This document shows, piece by piece, positions 18,680 through 28,142 of a stretch of DNA of 64,000 nt. Made by a program: the position numbers and the translations under genes. The stretch covers positions 1-64,000 of the IMG/VR virus record IMGVR_UViG_3300022745_000628. One strand, given 5' to 3'. The stretch's first letter is position 1, and each line of letters begins with the position of its first letter. This DNA comes from a virus. The notes under the pieces are model-generated. The model did not search any database and was not told where the DNA came from. It saw only the letters and a list, made by a program, of their open reading frames with translations.

Positions 18680-19105
18680 ATGACTAAACATACACATCAT
18701 GTTTGTTGTAGCGCGTCCAGATTTAAACCGGTAGGTAGTCCTGGTTGTTCGTGTAAAGCCATAGGCAATAACTTAACGAATATCTCAAGTGAGGAGGTGA
18801 CTTTGCCAACAGAAGATTCAGATGCGTCGGAAAATCAGCGCTCGACTAAAAGAGCCGTGCGCAGACACCATAAGCAAAGAATGCGTGATAAAGCGCGATT
18901 CATTGTTGGCGTAATTTGGAATTACGCCACCGGAAATACCAAACGCCCAGATATAGTTCAAGATGCAGTGCACAACGCGGATAACATTACGCAATGTAGT
19001 TGCGATGCTTGCTGCAATCCGCGAAGAAGCAAATATCGAGAGAAAAAAGGTAAGACTTTGCAAGAGTTGAAATCCGATTACGATTTGGAAGACGAGCAGC
19101 TGTAA
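18680..19105 (+). CDS. Hypothetical protein with CSCxxCxNPRR motif
   Basis: RRHHKQRM...QCSCDACCNPRR. Confidence 0.65.
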   Translation: MTKHTHHVCCSASRFKPVGSPGCSCKAIGNNLTNISSEEVTLPTEDSDASENQRSTKRAVRRHHKQRMRDKARFIVGVIWNYATGNTKRPDIVQDAVHNADNITQCSCDACCNPRRSKYREKKGKTLQELKSDYDLEDEQL

Positions 19106-19377
19106 TGGCAGAAGAAGAGCCATTGCGGATTGTAGAACTAAGGCAGGCGTTTCAGTGGTTTTGTGAAGATTGCGGACACAGCAATTTTGCACAAAGCAGG
19201 GTAGCCGAATTGACAGATGCCGATCGGGAAACGGTGTACCGTACTTTTCACCAATTAGAGCCGTATGCGGAATTACCAGAAAATTGGGAAGATTTTGATA
19301 TGTGCTGCATCCCGACGCGAGTAACATGTGAAGTTTGTAAAACTAAATTTAGTACGCAATCTGAGGAGCGATGTTAA
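19105..19377 (+). CDS. Zn-ribbon protein
   Basis: CEDC...CEVC. Confidence 0.7.
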   Translation: MAEEEPLRIVELRQAFQWFCEDCGHSNFAQSRVAELTDADRETVYRTFHQLEPYAELPENWEDFDMCCIPTRVTCEVCKTKFSTQSEERC

Positions 19378-19727
19378 TGAAAAAAAGTAAGGCAGGTAAA
19401 GCGCCTACCGAAAATTCTGCGCAAGCGGCAGCGGGCGCAGAAGTGTTTAACTTAAGCGGGGCAAAATATCTTCGTGAGATTCATTGCATACAGGGCTCGA
19501 AAGTGGACGTGTACTCTGTTTTAGAAGCGTTTGCGGTAACTTGTCCGGCCAGACAGCATGCAATTAAAAAATTGCTTTGCACCGGTTTACGCGGTAAAGG
19601 CGATGTTATTCAAGATCTGACAGAAGCCAAAGACGCGATAGATCGCGCTGTTTATATGGAAAAAGCCAGACAAGCCGCTGCGAAAGCTGCGCAAGCCGCG
19701 ACACCTGAAGTTACCTATACAACTTAA
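19371..19727 (+). CDS. Phage protein, DUF3310/SaV-like
   Basis: VDVYSVLEAF..QHAIKKLLC.G.RGK....DL.EAKDAIDRA. Confidence 0.65.
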   Translation: MLMKKSKAGKAPTENSAQAAAGAEVFNLSGAKYLREIHCIQGSKVDVYSVLEAFAVTCPARQHAIKKLLCTGLRGKGDVIQDLTEAKDAIDRAVYMEKARQAAAKAAQAATPEVTYTT

Positions 19728-20249
19728 ATGCCATCCAAATCCCCAGGCCTTATGGCCACAAAACATTTGAAGGAACCTGTAATGGAATTGAGAAGTGATT
19801 TGCTCGAACGCAAAGTGCACATAAATCGAGCTGTGTTACTGGATAAGTTGCGCCTTAACCGTGAGCAGCACATTGCCGATTACCGAGCAGCTGTTACTGG
19901 CTATAAGCAAGAATTGACTGCTAAGTTAAACGCGGCGTTCAAAGACGCTGTCACGCAGATGGGCGTTCGACAACGCACAGAGATAGCGCGAATTGAAGCG
20001 CTGCAGGATGACGCCATTCCACGACAAGCTGCCAAATATTTGGTATCAGACGCTATCGTCATCAATATGCCTGTGCCGAAATCGTATGAGCCAATGTATA
20101 ACTTGGCCATCGATATCGCCGAACTCGACGTGCGAGATACGCTCGAACTTACCTTGACGGAGTTTAATGCCTGGATGCGCGACGTCTGGGACTGGAGCGA
20201 TGAATTCGCTAATACTACGAAGTTGTACTTCAACGCGAATTCCAAATAA
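19728..20249 (+). CDS. Conserved-type phage hypothetical protein
   Basis: Helical ORF followed by terminator. Confidence 0.65.
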   Translation: MPSKSPGLMATKHLKEPVMELRSDLLERKVHINRAVLLDKLRLNREQHIADYRAAVTGYKQELTAKLNAAFKDAVTQMGVRQRTEIARIEALQDDAIPRQAAKYLVSDAIVINMPVPKSYEPMYNLAIDIAELDVRDTLELTLTEFNAWMRDVWDWSDEFANTTKLYFNANSK

Positions 20250-20275
20250 CATTTAGTTCCGACGGTTTACGTGTT

Positions 20276-20310
20276 CCGCGGTGCTATAGTACCGCGGACG
20301 CGTTTCTTTT
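20276..20310 (+). terminator. Intrinsic terminator containing the CGGTRCTATAGTACCG palindrome
   Basis: CCGCGGTGCTATAGTACCGCGG then TTTCTTTT. Confidence 0.7.
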
Positions 20311-20328
20311 ACTACTCGAAGGTAAGAT

Positions 20329-20568
20329 ATGCAATTAGGTATAAATCGCCGCATGTGGCATAAATTGGCCATGTCGTCTGAAGGATTAAGTGGAAGTGTC
20401 CCATCAAACGTGCTTTATGTAGGAGCAGCAAGCCTTCCAAACTATGTGCACGCCGTAGTTACCAAACCATTTAGGATTTCTAGGCATGTCAAAGCCCCCG
20501 TATACAATATCATTAGCTGCGTAGCACTTTTTCCGCATAAACTACAGAAGGCGTTCTCAAATTACTAG
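20329..20568 (+). CDS. NxxMWxKL-family protein
   Basis: INRRMWHKLA..LYVG. Confidence 0.8.
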   Translation: MQLGINRRMWHKLAMSSEGLSGSVPSNVLYVGAASLPNYVHAVVTKPFRISRHVKAPVYNIISCVALFPHKLQKAFSNY

Positions 20569-20575
20569 TGCAGCT

Positions 20576-20854
20576 ATGGGTGCAATGATGGCGAGAAAAG
20601 TAACGTTCGCCCAGATGAAGCTAGGTGCTAACTGCAATACCGTATCGCCAGACAATGTGAGCCTCATGGCACTGTGTACGCCAGACGATATATTAGAAAT
20701 GCTCCATAAATCCTTATATAGCAGAGTTAGGCGGTTAGATCGTATCACAGCAGTATGCTTATACGTGCAATATATCACCTACTTTGAGCGTAAGGATATA
20801 CGAGTGGCGCCTGGTAATATGTTTCACCATTGGATGTTCAAAACTGGAGTATAA
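20576..20854 (+). CDS. Small hypothetical protein within array (divergent motif)
   Basis: TFAQMKLG. Confidence 0.55.
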   Translation: MGAMMARKVTFAQMKLGANCNTVSPDNVSLMALCTPDDILEMLHKSLYSRVRRLDRITAVCLYVQYITYFERKDIRVAPGNMFHHWMFKTGV

Positions 20855-20855
20855 C

Positions 20856-21128
20856 ATGAGTGCCGCTATAAATATAGAAATGTGGAAAACATTGAATATG
20901 GGTGAGAAGGCGCACATTATTGCTAATACTTGCGGCCCAGCCATGTACCGTGTAATTGGTGCTATGCACGGCGATATAGTTTTTCGCCATACAGGTGCAG
21001 CGTTGTACAGCGTAGTAGCCGTGCTGGACTACAAGGCTATCTCGTACACTAGGTGTATAATCCCGATCAGAGTTGCTATGGCAGACATATGCGACAGGTG
21101 GATGCACAATGCCCAACACTTCACATAA
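20856..21128 (+). CDS. NxxMWxKL-family protein
   Basis: INIEMWKTL; ATG 20856. Confidence 0.8.
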   Translation: MSAAINIEMWKTLNMGEKAHIIANTCGPAMYRVIGAMHGDIVFRHTGAALYSVVAVLDYKAISYTRCIIPIRVAMADICDRWMHNAQHFT

Positions 21129-21318
21129 TATGGTAATAGTGCGATATATGGTCGGTAGACAAATGTTTCGCCTAGTATTCTATAAATATGATGGAACGCA
21201 GTACATGTATCAGGTACGCACACCCATTGTTCTTGTAACTGGTAAGAAAACAGACGCCGTGGTCGAGTGCATTGAGTTTTACAGCTTGGTAGCTAATCAC
21301 AATGAACGCTATAGTTAA
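21073..21318 (+). CDS. Small hypothetical protein within array (QMxRL subtype)
   Basis: VGRQMFRLV; start likely downstream. Confidence 0.55.
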   Translation: MLWQTYATGGCTMPNTSHNMVIVRYMVGRQMFRLVFYKYDGTQYMYQVRTPIVLVTGKKTDAVVECIEFYSLVANHNERYS

Positions 21319-21670
21319 AATAATGCCAGAGCCGGTTGCCGAGAGTTTATCCGTTCGAATGTTTCGAACATTAACTATGTCCGAAGTTATGGATATAAAA
21401 ACGATACTGCTAACTCCGAAGTACGGGTGTCAAGTTAGCGATGTGTATTTGGTGTTTGAAAATTATAACTGTGTGAGAGTTAGCATATTGCTTCATGACG
21501 AGACCAGCATAGTTCGTTACTGGGAGGTTACGCGTAAATACAACCAACTTACAGTTAACCGAGGCGCATATACATATACTACGCTAGCAGATGTTTGTTT
21601 AAATGAATTTTGCACCGTTAAAGAGATTCGCGAAATCACGGCAGCGGCTCTGTACAGCACCAGTAGTTAA
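21302..21670 (+). CDS. NxxMWxKL-family variant
   Basis: LSVRMFRTL. Confidence 0.7.
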   Translation: MNAIVKIMPEPVAESLSVRMFRTLTMSEVMDIKTILLTPKYGCQVSDVYLVFENYNCVRVSILLHDETSIVRYWEVTRKYNQLTVNRGAYTYTTLADVCLNEFCTVKEIREITAAALYSTSS

Positions 21671-21703
21671 TATGGTAAGTATGTCCAGGAGGTTTCGCGG
21701 ATT

Positions 21704-21991
21704 ATGACAAGGTCTTTGAATAAGTTAATGTGGGATCGCATACATCCACAAAGGGCCGGTCATTGGCGTGTTAGCGACAACTGCCCTGTGGATGCGCCCT
21801 CTTTCGGAAAATTTGCCGAGAACTGTACGCATGCAAATGATTTCGTGAGTATGGAATGGTATTCTGCAGAGACACCGCATCCGGTATTTTCTGTTGGTAG
21901 AGGGCTTAGCCGCATCGAGGCGTCAGCACATATGGCATTGAATATTAAATATATGGAAACCACCGTACAAGAGCTTTACAGCTACAATTAG
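21704..21991 (+). CDS. NxxMWxKL-family protein
   Basis: LNKLMWDRI. Confidence 0.8.
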   Translation: MTRSLNKLMWDRIHPQRAGHWRVSDNCPVDAPSFGKFAENCTHANDFVSMEWYSAETPHPVFSVGRGLSRIEASAHMALNIKYMETTVQELYSYN

Positions 21992-21997
21992 GGCCGA

Positions 21998-22408
21998 ATG
22001 GAGACGCAAATGCTTAAATCTCAGCAAGTAGATTATCCGCTAACCTGCAAAATGTGGGATAAGCTAAATATGGCGACACCACCCCAATTTCGCAGTAGGC
22101 CGTGGAGCTACTGCTATCCTGGAGAGGTAGCGCCTGGCCGTGTACTCGATCCGCCTTATCGCGGAACTGTATATGACTGTGAAAATTACATTTTAAATAC
22201 TAAGGCCGCTATACACACTTTAACAAGAACTATGTCGTGGTACACTACCGCCGTGCCTGCGGCACCTAACATGTTTGCGGCCAGCCGCGCGACGCTGCAC
22301 GTAACCTATATGCATACTCGCTACCTACTTAGCAGCGTATTGTTTGCGCTACGTAACTTGCCAATAGACCCTACTTTTGACGATTTAGAATCGGAACTAG
22401 TAGATTAG
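21998..22408 (+). CDS. NxxMWxKL-family protein
   Basis: LTCKMWDKL..CYPG. Confidence 0.8.
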   Translation: METQMLKSQQVDYPLTCKMWDKLNMATPPQFRSRPWSYCYPGEVAPGRVLDPPYRGTVYDCENYILNTKAAIHTLTRTMSWYTTAVPAAPNMFAASRATLHVTYMHTRYLLSSVLFALRNLPIDPTFDDLESELVD

Positions 22409-22437
22409 GATTAAACGAGCACTGGAAAAGGATTTGG

Positions 22438-23145
22438 ATGCCAAAAGTTAAAATATCAGCGATATCCGACATACACGGGTATTTGCTACCAGTTACGCAA
22501 TTTGCAGGGCAAGACCTGTTGCTTATAGCCGGGGATATTGCAGGCAATGCGCATACTGCGAGGAAATTCTATTGGTCTGAATTTGATCCGTGGCTAAGAA
22601 AATTGCGGATGCAAGGGGTTACGGTTATAGGTATAGCCGGCAACCACGACGTTTTATTTGAACAAGAGCCAGACATACCGTACCGATTAGCTTGGACTTA
22701 TCTGGCCGATCAAGCTTGTGAATTCTGCGGTTTACGGATCTACGGTACGCCGTGGCAGCCCAAACCGCCAGATTTACGGATAGCACACGACAGCTGGGCA
22801 TTCGGGGCTAATTCCACGCAGCTCGAGCATATGTTTAGCAAGATCCCTAGCGATTTAGATATTTTGCTAGCACACGGTCCGCCGCTTGGTTGTCTAGATT
22901 CCGTGCCAATTAGTAATTCGCGTTACAACTCGCAGCCTGGTGTTATCACGACAGCTATGTTAGGTTCGTCAAGTATGGCCAAAGCCATAGTGACCAAACG
23001 CCCGAAAATCGCGGTATTTGGCCACATACACGAGTCATACGGCGTTGCTACAATTTGTGAAACGACAGCTTATAACGCAGCGGTCGTAAACGCTGAATAT
23101 CAACTGACTAACGCACCGCACGTATTTGAATTAGAAAGCCGGTAA
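22438..23145 (+). CDS. Calcineurin-like metallophosphoesterase
   Basis: SDIHG, AGDI, GNHD, AHGPP and FGHIHE motifs all present. Confidence 0.92.
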   Translation: MPKVKISAISDIHGYLLPVTQFAGQDLLLIAGDIAGNAHTARKFYWSEFDPWLRKLRMQGVTVIGIAGNHDVLFEQEPDIPYRLAWTYLADQACEFCGLRIYGTPWQPKPPDLRIAHDSWAFGANSTQLEHMFSKIPSDLDILLAHGPPLGCLDSVPISNSRYNSQPGVITTAMLGSSSMAKAIVTKRPKIAVFGHIHESYGVATICETTAYNAAVVNAEYQLTNAPHVFELESR

Positions 23146-23151
23146 TCCAAA

Positions 23152-23496
23152 TTGAATAACGAAGCCATTATCCAGCGCAAAACAGGCAGGGAAAAAGCCG
23201 AAAGTTTGCTAGCGGAGCTCGCTGGATTAAATATGCCGCATGAAACGTGCCGGGCATTTTGGCGGGCCATACTGCTGGGAATGCCGCCAGAGTACAATTC
23301 GTGTGTTTCGACAGTTATGTCGGATAAACAGGCAAAAGCGTTTGAAAAATTGCGGCCGAGCATGACGTTGCCACCAAATAGTTGCTACGCAGATATCGAT
23401 ATTAATACCCTAACTGAGTTCTTGGATCGTACAAAAGAGTTAAAAGCTTATATCAATAGCGATAGAGGCCAACACAGACTGAGAGTAGAAGGATAA
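23152..23496 (+). CDS. Hypothetical protein
   Basis: 114-aa ORF in operon. Confidence 0.55.
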   Translation: MNNEAIIQRKTGREKAESLLAELAGLNMPHETCRAFWRAILLGMPPEYNSCVSTVMSDKQAKAFEKLRPSMTLPPNSCYADIDINTLTEFLDRTKELKAYINSDRGQHRLRVEG

Positions 23497-23502
23497 GCTG
23501 GT

Positions 23503-23886
23503 ATGCCAGTGCTTGAGAAAAAGAAAAAGTTGAGTTACAAAGGTAAGCGTGCAAATTGGACGGAAGAACAATTGGAACAACATAGGGCTAACAATCGGCG
23601 CTCACGGAAAAGAGTGAAAGAGCTGAATATTGTCAGTCCGGAAGAGTTAGCCGAGGTGGTTATGCGCATGGCAGTCATAGCCCAGGCGCTGAATAAAGCT
23701 ATCGCTAAGCTGCGTAACGATCGCAAAAGCTTGGCCTATATCTCTGAATTTCAGCTGAGCCAGCTTCTTGAGAAACAAGCCGATTTTTTAGAATCGGGTG
23801 CAAATATAAGTAGACACAAGCAGTTGGACGTGTTACTTCTTAGGTTGGAGCTCAATTTGGATGTACCAATCAGGGAGAAGATATAA
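23503..23886 (+). CDS. Basic helical hypothetical protein
   Basis: Lys/Arg-rich N-terminus. Confidence 0.6.
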   Translation: MPVLEKKKKLSYKGKRANWTEEQLEQHRANNRRSRKRVKELNIVSPEELAEVVMRMAVIAQALNKAIAKLRNDRKSLAYISEFQLSQLLEKQADFLESGANISRHKQLDVLLLRLELNLDVPIREKI

Positions 23887-24248
23887 TGTTCGCAGTTTTA
23901 GCATTGTGGCTGCAGTTGCGTTTCGCTGAGGTACTAAGTCTGCCATTTCGTCGCGGAACATACACGCATTTGATTATGTGGGGTTTGGCCGTCCTGGTAC
24001 TCTACCGAGTTCCGTTAATGGATATAGTGGTCGGCTGGCTGCTGATCTCGAACATAATCACAATAAGCGAAAAACGAGCATGCGCGGGCGATACGGAATG
24101 TGACTCGTTGGATTACACGTTTCATTTACCAACCTGGCTGGACGCTATTTTTTGGGCCCCCACGCTTACTATACTGGGGTTTGCAGAAGCGCCGGTGCTG
24201 TTTTTTCTAGCGATATGTTGCGCCATAAGCGACTTATTTAAGCGCTAA
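23886..24248 (+). CDS. Membrane protein
   Basis: 3-4 hydrophobic segments; TAATG coupling. Confidence 0.65.
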   Translation: MFAVLALWLQLRFAEVLSLPFRRGTYTHLIMWGLAVLVLYRVPLMDIVVGWLLISNIITISEKRACAGDTECDSLDYTFHLPTWLDAIFWAPTLTILGFAEAPVLFFLAICCAISDLFKR

Positions 24249-24256
24249 ACCAAGAA

Positions 24257-24595
24257 ATGCCAGCAAAAGATCCATGTAAGTTGTGGTTGCTTGTCGGCAG
24301 GCACAGCAAGGTTTTTGACCTTGTTACACGCTTGCAGCATATAACGCCAACGGCTATATATTGCGAATCAGAATGTATCCACCCGCACACTGGTTTAACA
24401 GACGTGCGCTATTACGCCCCGTTTAGCGGGTTATTGTATAGGTTCGTATCGCAAGTAATTGAGAAATATGACGATGTAAGTGGTAGATATTCTACGACAG
24501 AAATAGATGTGCTAATGCGTTATTTAGTGTTGAGTGCGCGTTCGGACCAGATTCCACTGTGTTACAGCATGCTGTATAAAGCAGTGGTATGTTAG
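24257..24595 (+). CDS. Hypothetical protein (possible divergent array member)
   Basis: DPCKLWLLV. Confidence 0.55.
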   Translation: MPAKDPCKLWLLVGRHSKVFDLVTRLQHITPTAIYCESECIHPHTGLTDVRYYAPFSGLLYRFVSQVIEKYDDVSGRYSTTEIDVLMRYLVLSARSDQIPLCYSMLYKAVVC

Positions 24596-24990
24596 AAACT
24601 GTGCGCAGCCGTATTGCTATACGGCAGATGTATACGTTATATGATTATTGGGCTAGTTTAATAATATATCGACAGCATATACGGCATGCAGACGATGCCT
24701 TGACTTGGCTAGGCGGTTTCATATGTGTTAGGCGGCAGCTGCAGTATTACAGACTTATAGAGGCTTTTGCAATTTCCGAGCAGTGCAGAGCTGAGATACA
24801 TAATTGTTTTGCAGCATGTAACAACGGTGAGCGTGTAGCCGTAACGGTCTTACTAAAGTGTTTTAATGAAGCGTGTAACGCACATTTAATACATACGCGC
24901 GCCACTACTCCAGTAGCTACACTTATGCGGCATAAAGCGCTAGACGATCATAAGTACATTCCTAGTTACATACCGACGCAAAATATTTAG
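24589..24990 (+). CDS. Hypothetical protein (QMxxL subtype)
   Basis: AIRQMYTL. Confidence 0.55.
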   Translation: MLETVRSRIAIRQMYTLYDYWASLIIYRQHIRHADDALTWLGGFICVRRQLQYYRLIEAFAISEQCRAEIHNCFAACNNGERVAVTVLLKCFNEACNAHLIHTRATTPVATLMRHKALDDHKYIPSYIPTQNI

Positions 24991-25005
24991 TAAGCGAGTA
25001 ATTCA

Positions 25006-25206
25006 ATGAGCGCTATATATCAGGAACTGCGACTGGGAGTCGGGCTACAGCTAGTAGAACAGGTAGACGCGTTATTCGAATATAGGCGTGCACAGGCGCC
25101 TAGCTTTTCTGTTATTGACTTAACGCGGTCTGCTGATCTAGCTAAGAATTCTGATAAATTGGCGTTAAAAATGAGAGGGATGTGTACTTATGTTGGGGAT
25201 GGCTGA
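25006..25206 (+). CDS. Small hypothetical protein
   Basis: 66 aa, coupled. Confidence 0.5.
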   Translation: MSAIYQELRLGVGLQLVEQVDALFEYRRAQAPSFSVIDLTRSADLAKNSDKLALKMRGMCTYVGDG

Positions 25207-25510
25207 ATATAAAAAATATGCAACAGCACTTAGGTACACCCGCACGCAATTCGGAATATGGGCCATACCTACAATGTCAGCTGAAGCTGTACAGTCCAAA
25301 CTGCCCATTACACAACACTGGGCATATAACTTAGAAATTACTATGACTACTGTAACTTTGCAATACTGCAAGAAATTAGAATTCCATGTAAATGGATTCC
25401 GCGGATATTACGACCCGCATATTGACAAAAGAAACACGATAATGGCTAAAATGCTTTACTTGTTAAAATCAAACATAACCTATATTTCGGAGACGTGTGA
25501 GAATGTCTAA
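25190..25510 (+). CDS. Hypothetical protein
   Basis: 106 aa, coupled. Confidence 0.55.
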   Translation: MLGMAEYKKYATALRYTRTQFGIWAIPTMSAEAVQSKLPITQHWAYNLEITMTTVTLQYCKKLEFHVNGFRGYYDPHIDKRNTIMAKMLYLLKSNITYISETCENV

Positions 25511-25817
25511 CCATTTCGTTTTTGAAAATTGGGATTGTCAGATGTGGCGACTGGGGTCTGGCAGACCTTTCTGGATTAATGCATTGATTTTTGGATCTAG
25601 AACACACGTGCCTATGTGTAACCCGTATTATCGCAACGAATTAGAAGCGTATTTGCTAGATAATTTGTGGTTAAAGCTACCGTGTATTTGGAAACACCCG
25701 CGATTAAGTTATGTGGAATTTGCTAGCGAGCGAACACAAGGATACCGCGCTAGAAACGAAGCTGCATTGCACGAGCAGATGGTAACAAAATCAATAGGGC
25801 CGTGGCGGTTTTTATAA
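25497..25817 (+). CDS. NxxMWxKL-family variant
   Basis: WDCQMWRLG. Confidence 0.65.
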   Translation: MRMSNHFVFENWDCQMWRLGSGRPFWINALIFGSRTHVPMCNPYYRNELEAYLLDNLWLKLPCIWKHPRLSYVEFASERTQGYRARNEAALHEQMVTKSIGPWRFL

Positions 25818-25852
25818 GCTAAATCTAGGACGAAAACGCGTCATATATTATG
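25817..25852 (+). promoter_or_regulatory. Bipartite phage promoter motif, copy 3
   Basis: CTAAAT at 25819, GCGTCATATAT at 25838. Confidence 0.75.
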
Positions 25853-25882
25853 TACATAGCGTAGCAATTCGCGCGCTTTTTT

Positions 25883-26278
25883 ATGTGTCTCGATGGGTTT
25901 GAACAGGAGTATGATATGAACAATACCTCAGGACGTGCACAGGAGTATGTGCACGGGCTCCAAGATATGCTGGAACCGCAGATATTTTTCTGCGCTCTCC
26001 AGGCGAAGGTCGGGCAAATCAATTTCAAGGATCCGGAAGCTACCAGTGAACTGGTAGCCATGTGGCGCGTTTCGTCCGCGGCGTCAAAACAAATACTGGC
26101 TGAAGTGTTGGCAGAAGGAGCTGACAATCTTCATACCTGCTGCAGTAAGCACGATACCGAGTATGAATCTGTCATGCACGATAGAGCCAACGAGATTTTT
26201 GCTGCTATGCAGCAAGAAATGGGCGGCGTTTTGTCTGCACGTGCTAAAGATCTGGCCACGATCGATCGGCCGGCTTAA
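25883..26278 (+). CDS. Helical hypothetical protein
   Basis: Downstream of promoter motif, upstream of structured segment. Confidence 0.7.
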   Translation: MCLDGFEQEYDMNNTSGRAQEYVHGLQDMLEPQIFFCALQAKVGQINFKDPEATSELVAMWRVSSAASKQILAEVLAEGADNLHTCCSKHDTEYESVMHDRANEIFAAMQQEMGGVLSARAKDLATIDRPA

Positions 26279-26280
26279 CA

Positions 26281-26548
26281 TCGCGCCCAGCAGCGGTTAC
26301 AAAAGTACATCGGTACTATAGTACCGATTGGCTGTCCTGGCAGGCGACGCGCTTGTCACACAATTAGCAAAAGCTATCCAACTATAAGCAGGCTGTCAAA
26401 GCCGGTAATTCGAAAAAGCGAAGTACGGCTGCCCGCTATAGCAAAGCAGCCGAATAGCTCTATCGTGAGAATAGTATTTTGCGATCCGCTGCAAATTAAA
26501 TTGAATCAATATGCTGCGGGCGAGGTAATTCTCGCCCGCGCATTTTTT
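26281..26548 (+). ncRNA. Candidate structured RNA ending in an intrinsic terminator
   Basis: 20-bp perfect palindrome 26309-26328; CGGCTGC/GCAGCCG stem; terminator 26511-26548. Confidence 0.4.
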
Positions 26549-26579
26549 ATTTCTATTAGCCCACTTCACAAACCACTGT

Positions 26580-26831
26580 TTGGAGCAAATGCTTATCCCA
26601 ACACCTGCGTTAGATCAGTTGACAGCTGTATATGCGAATAAACAAATCATAGTTGATTTTCTGGAATGGCTGCGTGCTGAACACGTTGCCTTGAGTTTCA
26701 TGTACGCGCAGTCTGAGCAGTTACGTTCGTTAGCTGGCAAACAGCCTAAGGACATTATGGAAGCGTACTTAAACGTGGTGACGACCCAAGCAACGGCGGA
26801 GCGCCGCACTCTCTTATCCAGTAAAGGTTGA
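26580..26831 (+). CDS. Hypothetical protein
   Basis: 83 aa; IVDFLEWL pattern. Confidence 0.6.
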   Translation: MEQMLIPTPALDQLTAVYANKQIIVDFLEWLRAEHVALSFMYAQSEQLRSLAGKQPKDIMEAYLNVVTTQATAERRTLLSSKG

Positions 26832-26835
26832 CGTT

Positions 26836-27051
26836 ATGACAGAATTGACTGATAAAGAGGTATGCCATAGGCTGTGCGTACGGGATCCTAGGTACCCGTT
26901 GTTTGAGGAGTTGTATCCTGATGATGAAGAGATACCGGTTCCTAGAACAAATTGCTACTGCGACAATTGTTTTTACGGACGTGACGCATTAGCGTTAGAA
27001 ATATTACGGCTACGCTCAGAGATAGCTCGTGCTGCAAATGTTCGTAAATAG
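26836..27051 (+). CDS. Small Cys-containing protein
   Basis: LCVRDPR...CYCDNCFYGR. Confidence 0.65.
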   Translation: MTELTDKEVCHRLCVRDPRYPLFEELYPDDEEIPVPRTNCYCDNCFYGRDALALEILRLRSEIARAANVRK

Positions 27052-27283
27052 AGAGATGTGGAAAAAATTAGACGCGAACAAGTTAAAGCATAGTTTCCCT
27101 AATGCTTATGATATTCCTATAATGCTTGGACAGTTTATACCGTATTCGCTGATGCTGTCGTTCGATTTAGTGTTTAACCGTGTCTCGGCGCAATCAAATG
27201 CCGCAGGAGTTTGGGCAATTGGAGAACAGCTGCGCATCCATATAAATAGGTTTAACGCTTATTACGACGGGATGCGCGGATGA
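27038..27283 (+). CDS. NxxMWxKL-family protein
   Basis: VNREMWKKL. Confidence 0.8.
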   Translation: MFVNREMWKKLDANKLKHSFPNAYDIPIMLGQFIPYSLMLSFDLVFNRVSAQSNAAGVWAIGEQLRIHINRFNAYYDGMRG

Positions 27284-27534
27284 TAGCACCAACATTAAAT
27301 TCACAGATGTGGAGAAAGCTAACGATGTCGCCCGGTACGGACGCTACGTTATCAGTTCTCAAGCCTTACAATGGGCGATGCGTTGGCAGCTTAGGCACGC
27401 TCCAAGATATAAGCTGTACAGCATCAAGCTTTATTTTTACGACAGCGCTTTATGTGCCAGATCATACTTTAACTACTATAGTGTGGCAGATTTTGGAGGG
27501 CAGGCGCCCACCGGTTCGGATAGAATATGCGTAA
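27280..27534 (+). CDS. NxxMWxKL-family protein
   Basis: LNSQMWRKL..YNG. Confidence 0.8.
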   Translation: MIAPTLNSQMWRKLTMSPGTDATLSVLKPYNGRCVGSLGTLQDISCTASSFIFTTALYVPDHTLTTIVWQILEGRRPPVRIEYA

Positions 27535-27823
27535 TTTATTAATAAATCGTGTTATGTGGTTAAAACTGCGCTGCGGCGAGAGTTATTACGTTCATATGCC
27601 GTGCAATATTGTTTCGGTAAATGACGCGACGGTTGGTGTGATAAACAAGTATGCGCCGAATAATTTTTGGGAACATTTTAGGCACAACTGGTTTGAAAGT
27701 TATAAGATAAATAAGCGTGACCGCAGAGATGCTTGGCACGCTCTAATACAGCACCAGTTTATGAGCGACGCGTGTCGGCTGGCAGCGGTGCCTAAAGGGC
27801 TAGGTATCGGCGCGTATGTGTAA
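27527..27823 (+). CDS. NxxMWxKL-family protein
   Basis: INRVMWLKL. Confidence 0.8.
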   Translation: MRNLLINRVMWLKLRCGESYYVHMPCNIVSVNDATVGVINKYAPNNFWEHFRHNWFESYKINKRDRRDAWHALIQHQFMSDACRLAAVPKGLGIGAYV

Positions 27824-28139
27824 CTACAACATTTGCGATAAAAACTATATGCAAGCAGATTTAACAATTAGTCAACAAATGTGGGTCAAATTGTGCTTAA
27901 CCAAACATATAAAGCCACTCGCGTACTCCAGTGCTCTTGACAGTGTTTCAAATTACGTGTATGCCGGAAGCGTAACGCAGTTTTCGACAGATACTGTGCG
28001 ATTATTGCATACTTACGTTCCAGAACGCAGCTTAAATACTAAAACTGTGAGGATGACCGCCGTTATGACATGGGACGAATGCAGATTATTCGAAATTCTC
28101 GACTTGAGTGTTAAAAAATTTAGATTGCCGAAGGAATAG
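27816..28139 (+). CDS. NxxMWxKL-family protein
   Basis: ISQQMWVKL..VYAG. Confidence 0.8.
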   Translation: MCNYNICDKNYMQADLTISQQMWVKLCLTKHIKPLAYSSALDSVSNYVYAGSVTQFSTDTVRLLHTYVPERSLNTKTVRMTAVMTWDECRLFEILDLSVKKFRLPKE

Positions 28140-28142
28140 CCT

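Noticed and set aside
25883-26278. Membership of the NxxMWxKL family (VAMWRV); likewise FMWRH in 13906
   Set aside because: The MW is internal and lacks the N and K-L context.
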